This document shows positions 60,501 to 64,000 of a stretch of DNA of 64,000 nt, in pieces. Source of the stretch: Malacoraja senta. Taxonomy: Eukaryota. How positions within the stretch are numbered: position 1 is the stretch's first letter; every line of letters starts with the position of its first letter. The position numbers and the translations under genes were made by a program. Below the pieces are notes generated by a model that was not told the DNA's origin, did not search any database, and saw only the letters and a program-made list of their open reading frames with translations. The stretch spans positions 186,001 through 250,000 of the forward strand of contig JAXLNO010002632.1 in the NCBI GenBank assembly GCA_038087875.1. The letters are read 5' to 3'.

Positions 60501-63337
60501 TTAGACAAGGGAATTAATTGTGACACCTTCAAGTTGGCAGATGACACAAAGCTGGGTGGCAGTGAGAGCTGTGAGGAGGATGCTATGAGGCTGCAGGACA
60601 ACTTGGACAGGTTGGGTAAGTGGGCAGATACATGGCAGATGCAGTATAATGTGGATAAATGTGAGGTTTTCCACTTTGGTGGCATGAACAGAAAGGCAGA
60701 TTATTATCTGAATGGCATCAGATTAGGAAAAGGGGAGGTGCAACAAGACCTGGGTGTGCTTGTACATCAGTCACTGAAAGTAAGCATGCAGGTTCAGCAA
60801 GCAGTGAAGAAAGCTAATGGCATGTTGGCCTTCAATGCGAGAGGATTTGAGTTTAGGAGCAAGGAGGTCCTATTGCAGTTGTACAGGGCCCTGGTGAGAC
60901 CACACCTGGTGTATTGTGTGCAATTTTAGTCTCCTATTTTGAGGAAGGACTTTATTGCTGAGTGCAGCGTAGGTTCACCAGGTTAATTCCTGGGATGGCG
61001 GGACTGACATATGATGAAAGAATGGGTCAATTGGGCTTGTATTCACTGGAATTTAGGATGAGAGGATATACTATAGAAAAATATTAAATTCTTAAAGGAT
61101 TGGACAGGCTAGATGCAGGAAAAATGTTCCCAATGTTGGGGGAGTCCAGAACCAGGGGTCACAGTTTAAGTATGAGGGGTAGGCCATTAAGGACTGAGAG
61201 GTGTGAATCTGTGGAATTCTCTACCACAGAAGGCAGTGGAGGTCAATTCACTGGATGTTTTCAAGAGAGTTAGATTTAGCTCTTTGGGCTAAAGGAATCA
61301 GGGGATATAGGGAAAAGGCAGGAATGGGTTACTGATTTTAAATGATCAGCCATGATCATATTGAATGACGGTGCTGGCTCGAACCATCAACAATAGTTTG
61401 TTGATTTTCAATTAATTGGATTCTGGTCTCCTTTAAATAGTACCGAATCAAACTTCACATCTTGTGAAGGCCTGCTTCAGTATGAAAGCTCCATGCAGTC
61501 TTTGGAACATCTATGCCAATGGTTATCGTAAAAGTGGTGTTAAAACATAGGTTGTATGCATTTTTGCAACATGGGTTGTATTAACATTTATAATTTTTTC
61601 CACTAACTTCAGTAAAATGCTCCAATGAACCTGTAGCTAAAATTGCCTTTGGCAGCATCTAAAAGGTTCACCAGCATTTGAGTATCCTTTAAAAGTTGGT
61701 GCAAACACAAGTTCCCACAGTGACATCGGCAGAAGTTTAATGTCACACGGTCTAGCTTAAGGCTTCTGTTGTATGGAGCAGGCAGAGACCATGCTGGATC
61801 AAAGAGAGCTGAATGTTTGTGATCGGTGGCTTCCATGCGTAACTTCATGAAGTCCTACAAGACATCTGGTAACCTCATGAACTCATGCACAAATGGCCCA
61901 ATCATATTTTGTAAATGTCTTAATGGGGAAGATAGATTAACAAAAACAATAGCAAAATCGTCCCAATTAAGGACCATATCTCTCACCAAGGCACGGAGTA
62001 CAGTCAGATCTCTCTCCCAGTCCCCAAGAGGCTCCAAATGTTCCAGCTGGGCAAGGTGTTGGAGATATACTGGTGCCCTTTGGACAGTATGAACCTTGAG
62101 GACAAGATTGAGCTTGCTCTCTGCAGAGAAAGAGATGAACACAAGGATGATTAGAAATATCCAATTGAAATCTTAAAAGAAATGTTGATGAAATTGGGTC
62201 TTCAGCAACAGCATGAAATGAAAGTTAGGTTATTTTATAATCTACCTAAAAGAAAAATACAAAATTGCCTACTTCATGCCTTCTAGTTTTAGACTAGGCA
62301 AAAAGACTGTTGAAATTACGTTATCCATATTCCTCATGATTTTAAATATCTTGAATAAGGTCTCTCCTTGGCCTCTCATGCTCCAGGGAACAGAGCTACA
62401 GTTTATTGTCTCTCCTTATAATTCAAGCCCTTCAATCCCAGTGATATCCTTGTGACTCTTTTCTGTACCTTTTACATATTTTCATTTGTGTTCTACTTTT
62501 CTTCTTTCATTAATGTTTTGATTTCATCATGTGGCACTCATGGGTGATGTTTGAATGCTCCTGATTTGATATTACCACCCAGACAAGTGAAGTGCTGCCG
62601 ACACTCCCTTTGCATAAATAAAGGCAAGAGGTTGTTATATGACACTGTGGTCGTAATATGACTGTGATATAGAATTCCCAGAAGATTAAAGAGTATGTAT
62701 CAACTTTAGATTATAGAGATACAGCATGGAAACATACCCTTCGGCCCACTGAGACAATGCTGACCTGCAATCACACACCGTGCACGGGCACTATCCTAAA
62801 CACTAGGGACAATTTACAGTTTACGGAAGCCAACTAACCTACAAACCTGCACATCTTTGGAGTGTGGAGGAAACCAGAGCACCTAGAGAATGCCCATGTA
62901 GTCACAGGGAGAACATACAAACTCCATACAGATAAATAATAATAATGATGAATTTTATTTACGGGCGCCTTATACCGAGGTCTCAAGGACACCTTACAGA
63001 GATTTATAGGACACCTTACAGAGTCTCAAGGACACCTTACAGAGATTTATAGGAAACATATAATCAGAATCAGATAGCACCCATAGTCAGGATCGAACCC
63101 GGGTTTCTGGCACTGTAAGGCAGCAATTGTACTGCTGTGCCACCCGTTCTACAAGAGTACCGCATAGACTACATTCCTGTACAATGCACCTTGCATCTTA
63201 CTTGTTTATGCACTGATATCCTTTGGGGCAGACAAAACATTCTTCTGCTCCTGTGCGGTTCATGAATTTCCCATCTTCACATGGTATTGGTGCAGCTGAA
63301 CCCAAAGGACAATAATGGCCCACAGGGCAAATATCAC
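5890..63337 (-). CDS. Large multi-exon gene (5'-partial, 34 coding exons, ~1,760 aa visible): single-pass membrane protein with tandem Cys-rich GCC2/GCC3 (ephrin-receptor-like) repeats and a long coiled-coil tail
   Basis: All 34 exons have AG/GT boundaries and matching phases. Their lengths sum to 5294 nt (+1 for the phase-1 start = 1765 codons), ending at TGA 5890-5892. Recurrent CPxG[YF][YF]C motifs; hydrophobic segment [25 protein letters not shown]. Confidence 0.9.
6916..7053 (-). CDS. Cys-rich gene exon a33, coiled coil ([17 protein letters not shown]...NFIK)
   Basis: ttgcag acceptor, gtaaag donor, phase 0>0. Confidence 0.85.
8216..8262 (-). CDS. Cys-rich gene exon a32, 47-nt mini-exon ([16 protein letters not shown])
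   Basis: ttttctttcag acceptor, gtactc donor; supplies the phase 1>0 shift needed between a31 and a33. Confidence 0.7.
8380..8787 (-). mobile_element. HE1-type SINE interrupted by an opposite-strand CR1 3' fragment (~8552-8690)
   Basis: SINE tail 8380-8540 and head 8695-8787 flank a ggttatgcggaaaaggcagg...tactcctatc CR1 end. Confidence 0.8.
8950..9325 (-). mobile_element. Old CR1 3' fragment
   Basis: ggcccatatccctc...ttcctatccatgt...accactctct CR1 3' motifs. Confidence 0.7.
9515..9772 (-). mobile_element. 3' tail of a non-CR1 LINE; inverted copy at ~16755-16835
   Basis: gaggtacagtgaaaagcttttgtt matches the reverse complement of caacaaaagcttttcactctacctcggtacacatgacaataaactaaac. Confidence 0.65.
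9790..10148 (+). mobile_element. Degenerate Penelope-like element, left part (interrupted by CR1)
   Basis: Ends in D-R-x-x-L-V-L-T coding remnant (gatagacttctcctggtccttacc), which continues at 14464. Confidence 0.7.
10275..13183 (-). pseudogene. CR1 ORF2 (AP endonuclease plus reverse transcriptase), disrupted
   Basis: NARS, ISETW, GDFN, SDHN (APE) and [12 protein letters not shown] (RT). In-frame TAG at 11963-11965 and a frameshift in a (TA)n run near 11520-11529. Confidence 0.93.
13220..14155 (-). CDS. CR1 ORF1: CxxC...CxxC zinc finger, coiled coil, SGNH/GDSL esterase domain
   Basis: CSGC/CVRC; GDSMVR, HIGTND and DGLHLN blocks; intact 311 aa. Confidence 0.92.
   Translation of the reverse strand: MWARAVYCSGCQMWEVMESDTPTDVHICVRCVEMGFLRDRVRNLEQQLDDLCLIRESEEVIEKSYREVATPRPREADKWVMVRKVKGQRQGLVSTPVAVHLENKYSCLSTVEGDSLPAGSNSGRASGTETSPIAQKGREKKRRAIVIGDSMVRGSDRRFCGRSQETRMVVCLPGARVRDVSERVQDILKSEGEEPEVVVHIGTNDIGKKREEVLKGEFKELGGELRRRSTKVTISGLLPVPRDGESRNGVRWRINAWLRNWCSGQGFKFLDHWDFFWGRSDLYRKDGLHLNPRGTNILAGRFAKTTGETLN
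14308..14462. repeat. 78-nt GC-rich tandem monomer x2 at the CR1 5' end
   Basis: ctgcaacggtccctggg...cccggacgctgc starts at both 14315 and 14393. Confidence 0.95.
14464..15112 (+). mobile_element. Degenerate Penelope-like element, right part with GIY-YIG remnant and terminal repeat
   Basis: tttcaccccaccagcc continuation; tgcacctcctccaatctcatctattgcattcagtgc ([12 protein letters not shown]); ends in the gatgctgcctga...ctgagtt terminal repeat. Confidence 0.75.
15745..15866 (-). CDS. Cys-rich gene exon a31 (LKKYTIFK...TSET)
   Basis: ttccag acceptor, gtaacg donor, phase 2>1. Confidence 0.8.
17090..17535 (-). mobile_element. CR1 3' fragment
   Basis: Reverse complement of the 57975-58422 type. 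Confidence 0.8.
17760..17878 (-). CDS. Cys-rich gene exon a30 (DSEIRKK...IFEDLIRIK...ILNER)
   Basis: tttcag acceptor, gtacgt donor, phase 0>2. Confidence 0.82.
17897..18005. repeat. Imperfect ~23-bp minisatellite (cacagttcacacccaaa...)
   Basis: About 5 degenerate units immediately intron-side of the a30 acceptor. Confidence 0.7.
18210..18613 (-). mobile_element. 5'-truncated L1-like retroposon 3' end with 11-bp target-site duplication
   Basis: tcgtgagtgtc at 18199-18209 and 18614-18624; A-rich tail on the minus strand. Family assignment is inferred. Confidence 0.7.
18976..19117 (-). mobile_element. Short retroposon end with (AAG)n tail and ~12-bp target-site duplication
   Basis: atcagg(t/g)tggat at 18964-18975 and 19118-19129. 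Confidence 0.65.
20847..20986 (-). CDS. Cys-rich gene exon a29 ([18 protein letters not shown]...TGIL)
   Basis: ttccag acceptor, gtaata donor, phase 1>0. Confidence 0.82.
21270..21605 (-). CDS. Cys-rich gene exon a28 (ESCDNLPYP...[14 protein letters not shown]...LHIMAHFKT)
   Basis: ttatag acceptor, gtaagt donor, 336-nt open exon, phase 1>1. Confidence 0.88.
22142..22267 (-). CDS. Cys-rich gene exon a27 ([30 protein letters not shown]...)
   Basis: atgcag acceptor, gtaggg donor, phase 1>1. Confidence 0.8.
22585..23712. repeat. Cluster of Penelope-derived fold-back repeats (approx. 22585-22790, 22828-22970, 23185-23270, 23490-23712)
   Basis: Each long copy has gctggagtaactcagc...ggcagcatc facing its own reverse complement. 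Confidence 0.8.
22884..22914 (+). ncRNA. Minimal hammerhead-like motif (aged)
   Basis: gt-CTGAAGA-A-[GGGT-CCTG-GCCT]-GAAA-CA-TC. Confidence 0.45.
24172..24361 (-). CDS. Cys-rich gene exon a26 ([11 protein letters not shown]...NITA)
   Basis: Strong acceptor ttttctctgcag; weak donor gtggca chosen for phase 0>1 continuity. Confidence 0.6.
24500..24887. mobile_element. Tc1/mariner (Tigger-like) MITE
   Basis: Right end gttataatgagggttatctg followed by TA; degenerate left end cggtctacccttttattacgg. Confidence 0.6.
25539..25711 (-). CDS. Cys-rich gene exon a25 ([12 protein letters not shown]...QIDPK)
   Basis: tttcag acceptor, gtaata donor, phase 1>0. Confidence 0.75.
26430..26925 (+). mobile_element. 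Degenerate Penelope-like fragment with GIY-YIG remnant
   Basis: [10 protein letters not shown] and [19 protein letters not shown] remnants, paralleling 14464-14800. Confidence 0.7.
27015..27132 (-). CDS. Cys-rich gene exon a24 ([10 protein letters not shown]...DTMK)
   Basis: ctttag acceptor, gtaaca donor, phase 0>1. Confidence 0.78.
28347..28507 (-). CDS. Cys-rich gene exon a23, coiled coil ([25 protein letters not shown]...QELK)
   Basis: aacag acceptor, gttcaa donor, phase 1>0; heptad-like leucine pattern. Confidence 0.88.
29578..29654 (-). CDS. Cys-rich gene exon a22 ([15 protein letters not shown]...)
   Basis: cttag acceptor, gtaata donor, phase 2>1. Confidence 0.85.
29915..30460 (-). 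mobile_element. CR1 3' fragment with a short inverted CR1 tail at its far end
   Basis: gaaacaggcccttt at ~29937 and gggccaaagggtctgtttcc at ~30424. Confidence 0.75.
30499..30543. repeat. (TATC)n microsatellite
   Basis: Direct reading. Confidence 0.9.
30949..31111 (-). CDS. Cys-rich gene exon a21, transmembrane helix ([22 protein letters not shown]...KWKPKWR...)
   Basis: cttcag acceptor, gtaagc donor, phase 1>2; ~25 uncharged residues followed by basic residues. Confidence 0.9.
31351..31573 (+). mobile_element. HE1-type tRNA-derived SINE (3'-truncated)
   Basis: Pol III A box tggcacagtggtag, B box ggttcgatccc, central ttcccacactccaaagacgt domain. Confidence 0.85.
32570..32815. repeat. Penelope-derived fold-back repeat
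   Basis: ~80-bp inverted arms (ctggagaacatggatagg / cctatccatgttctctgg) around a spacer. Confidence 0.8.
32838..33046 (-). CDS. Cys-rich gene exon a20 ([16 protein letters not shown]...LTPDWVFIT)
   Basis: actag acceptor, gtaaac donor, phase 2>1. Confidence 0.9.
33946..34252 (+). mobile_element. HE1-type SINE, full length
   Basis: A/B boxes; CR1-like 3' tail gaagggcctgtttctgtgctgtatc and (ctaaa)n. Confidence 0.88.
34639..34765 (-). CDS. Cys-rich gene exon a19 ([29 protein letters not shown]...NIT)
   Basis: tgtcag acceptor, gtgacc donor, phase 1>2. Confidence 0.9.
35427..35600 (-). CDS. Cys-rich gene exon a18 (ETEQPE...[23 protein letters not shown])
   Basis: gtgcag acceptor, gtgagt donor, phase 1>1. 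Confidence 0.87.
37510..37648 (-). CDS. Cys-rich gene exon a17 ([11 protein letters not shown]...VEEFLA)
   Basis: tctcag acceptor, gtcagt donor, phase 0>1. Confidence 0.87.
38083..38230 (-). CDS. Cys-rich gene exon a16 ([17 protein letters not shown]...QKEW)
   Basis: ttccag acceptor, gtgaga donor, phase 2>0. Confidence 0.87.
39217..39532 (+). mobile_element. HE1-type SINE, full length
   Basis: A/B boxes; CR1-like 3' tail, (ctaaa)n end. Confidence 0.88.
40292..40419 (-). CDS. Cys-rich gene exon a15 ([18 protein letters not shown]...DVELG)
   Basis: cctcag acceptor, gttagt donor, phase 0>2. Confidence 0.88.
40845..41197 (-). mobile_element. Penelope-like terminal fragment
   Basis: Terminal repeat (gacacaaaatgct...cttcagactga) followed by purine-rich element body. 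Confidence 0.65.
41371..41516 (-). CDS. Cys-rich gene exon a14 ([23 protein letters not shown]...DCHPE)
   Basis: ttcag acceptor, gtaaga donor, phase 1>0. Confidence 0.9.
41998..42210 (-). CDS. Cys-rich gene exon a13 ([16 protein letters not shown]...[12 protein letters not shown])
   Basis: cacag acceptor, gtgagc donor, phase 1>1. Confidence 0.9.
43778..43977 (-). CDS. Cys-rich gene exon a12 ([12 protein letters not shown]...CPAGFHCPK)
   Basis: tgtag acceptor, gtacgt donor, phase 2>1. Confidence 0.9.
44910..45947. mobile_element. Non-autonomous DNA transposon (hAT-like), 1038 bp
   Basis: Terminal inverted repeats taggtatgttacaaaa / ttttgtaacattgcta; cctcata duplicated at 44903-44909 and 45948-45954; no ORF. 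Confidence 0.8.
46428..46738 (-). mobile_element. HE1-type SINE, full length
   Basis: Reverse complement of the 39217 copy, sharing the gcttgcagc block. Confidence 0.88.
47378..47504 (-). CDS. Cys-rich gene exon a11 ([14 protein letters not shown]...NTPEQL)
   Basis: gccag acceptor, gtaagt donor, phase 1>2. Confidence 0.9.
48272..48496 (-). CDS. Cys-rich gene exon a10 ([16 protein letters not shown]...GYECPE)
   Basis: atcag acceptor, gtgaga donor, phase 1>1. Confidence 0.9.
49292..49471 (-). CDS. Cys-rich gene exon a9 ([14 protein letters not shown]...[10 protein letters not shown])
   Basis: ctcag acceptor, gtattt donor, phase 1>1. Confidence 0.9.
49523..49655 (-). mobile_element. Short Penelope-derived insertion, same subfamily as 59885-60046
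   Basis: Near-identical sequence; flanking agacttgaaa direct repeat at 49513-49522 and 49652-49661; minus-strand CTGAAGA...AAAACGTT core with a G12A change. Confidence 0.75.
50115..50322. repeat. Penelope-derived fold-back repeat
   Basis: gggaatggacag / ctgtccattccc inverted arms. Confidence 0.75.
50338..50463 (-). CDS. Cys-rich gene exon a8 (GFYCPEGT...CPPGYWCKE)
   Basis: cttcag acceptor, gtatca donor, phase 1>1. Confidence 0.9.
52011..52159 (-). CDS. Cys-rich gene exon a7 ([14 protein letters not shown]...CAGPCPA)
   Basis: ctgcag acceptor, gtataa donor, phase 2>1. Confidence 0.9.
53469..53577 (-). CDS. Cys-rich gene exon a6 ([13 protein letters not shown]...CPTGKYC)
   Basis: atacag acceptor, gtcggc donor, phase 1>2. 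Confidence 0.88.
53612..54026 (+). mobile_element. CR1 3' fragment with internal deletion
   Basis: EYKSKD...QYW remnants and 3' UTR tagatcagcca...atgggccaaatgg. Confidence 0.8.
55632..55800 (-). CDS. Cys-rich gene exon a5 (GHFCPKGSG...HSYCPE)
   Basis: ttccag acceptor, gtgagt donor, phase 0>1. Confidence 0.9.
57044..57195 (-). CDS. Cys-rich gene exon a4 ([17 protein letters not shown]...FFCPQ)
   Basis: aatag acceptor, gtatgc donor, phase 1>0; absent from the ORF track. Confidence 0.9.
57558..57767 (-). CDS. Cys-rich gene exon a3 (GGFYCSSLG...[10 protein letters not shown])
   Basis: cttag acceptor, gtatgg donor, phase 1>1. Confidence 0.9.
57975..58422 (+). mobile_element. CR1 3' fragment
   Basis: [25 protein letters not shown] remnants and CR1 3' UTR. 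Confidence 0.88.
59171..59422. mobile_element. PIF/Harbinger-like MITE
   Basis: Terminal inverted repeats agggcctgtcc / gggacaggcact; subterminal ggcgactgccggcatca / tgatgccggcagtcgcc; TTA on the left flank. Confidence 0.75.
59885..60046. mobile_element. Short Penelope-derived fold-back insertion with hammerhead-like core and 16-bp target-site duplication
   Basis: tatgaaatattgttca at 59869-59884 and 60047-60062; perfect 26-bp palindromic arms 59991-60016 and 60018-60043. Confidence 0.8.
60016..60046 (+). ncRNA. Minimal type I hammerhead ribozyme-like motif
   Basis: CTGAAGA-A-[GGGT-TTCG-GCCC]-GAAA-CG-TT; stem I largely lost at the inversion junction. Confidence 0.55.
60432..61383 (+). mobile_element. 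5'-truncated CR1 LINE (RT C-terminal half to 3' end), degenerate, inserted into a Penelope-derived repeat
   Basis: [29 protein letters not shown]; frameshifts after 60929. Confidence 0.92.
61987..62120 (-). CDS. Cys-rich gene exon a2 ([15 protein letters not shown]...CTPCL)
   Basis: ctgcag acceptor, gtgaga donor, phase 2>1. Confidence 0.9.
62706..63144 (-). mobile_element. HE1-type SINE with a nested ~140-bp insertion (~62934-63070)
   Basis: SINE halves rejoin across a cagata duplication; insert has an (AAT)n end and internal tandem duplication. Confidence 0.8.
63202..63337 (-). CDS. Cys-rich gene exon a1 ([46 protein letters not shown])
   Basis: ttcag acceptor, gtaaga donor, phase 1>2. 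Confidence 0.9.
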
Positions 63338-63704
63338 CTGAATTCAAAGAAGTTAAAATGAAATTATGTTAATAAATTAAATAAAGGGTCTTGCAAAGAT
63401 AGAATCTGAATTTCCTTGCAAGTTAGCTGATTGGCACATCTTGCTGCTGACTCAATAGTCTCAAACGCACTTTCAACTGGAAATGCATTTATTTTCATCC
63501 CTTTCTTTGCAAATATAGACAATATATAGACAAAATATAGACAATATGTTAATGTTTTGGTATGTACTCCAGAGGTAGAATCAGAAATACAATTCTGTTC
63601 AACAAATTGTACATATTGACAGGAATCAATCTCTATAATAGCAGACTTTCCAAAACGTTCATTGAGATTGGAAACTCTGCTTATTTGTTTGGCTCTGCCA
63701 AGTA

Positions 63705-64000
63705 AAACCCCTGTCGCACGGTGCGAGTTGACCCACGAGGTACCCCGAGTTTAAAACAAATTAAATTCGTGGTAATCACGTACAATTAACGTAGCGGGAA
63801 CGTCGGAACTCGTGGACGCAACTTAGCGACTCTTGGCGCTAACGGCAGGTACCCGTGAAACTTGATAACTCTTGAAAAAATTCAAACATGTTTAAAGTTT
63901 TCCACGAGTAAAATGTACTGCTGAAGTTAAAAATTGAAACATTTAAACTCGGTGTAAGAACTTGGTGGCCCTTGAGTTAACTCTTGAGTCTACCGTGTTA
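63705..64000. mobile_element. Left part of a Harbinger-like MITE running off the window
   Basis: Begins aacccctgtcgcacgg, related to the 59171 terminal repeat; abrupt CpG-rich composition. Confidence 0.55.

Overview
Eukaryotic, AT-rich, intron-rich DNA. The repeat content (HE1-type tRNA SINEs, CR1/HER1 LINEs, Penelope-like elements) points to a cartilaginous fish, probably a skate or ray (inference). Most of the window (5890-63337, minus strand) is the 3' portion of one very large uncharacterised gene. I could chain 34 coding exons with GT-AG sites and consistent phases into about 1,760 uninterrupted codons. They encode tandem Cys-rich CPxGxYC (GCC2/GCC3, ephrin-receptor-like) repeats, a non-repeat ectodomain, one transmembrane helix and a ~680-aa tail with coiled coils; the 5' end lies beyond the right edge. 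About 2.6 kb downstream on the same strand begins a small CXorf65/C22orf15-family gene, with two coding exons visible. The introns hold a full-length young CR1 LINE (esterase ORF1, ORF2 with two visible disabling lesions, 78-nt 5' tandem monomers) nested in an older Penelope-like element. They also hold many SINEs, LINE fragments, several non-autonomous DNA transposons, and a recurrent short Penelope-derived fold-back repeat carrying minimal hammerhead-ribozyme cores. Most ORFs in the supplied track are spurious. All splice assembly and alignments were done by eye.
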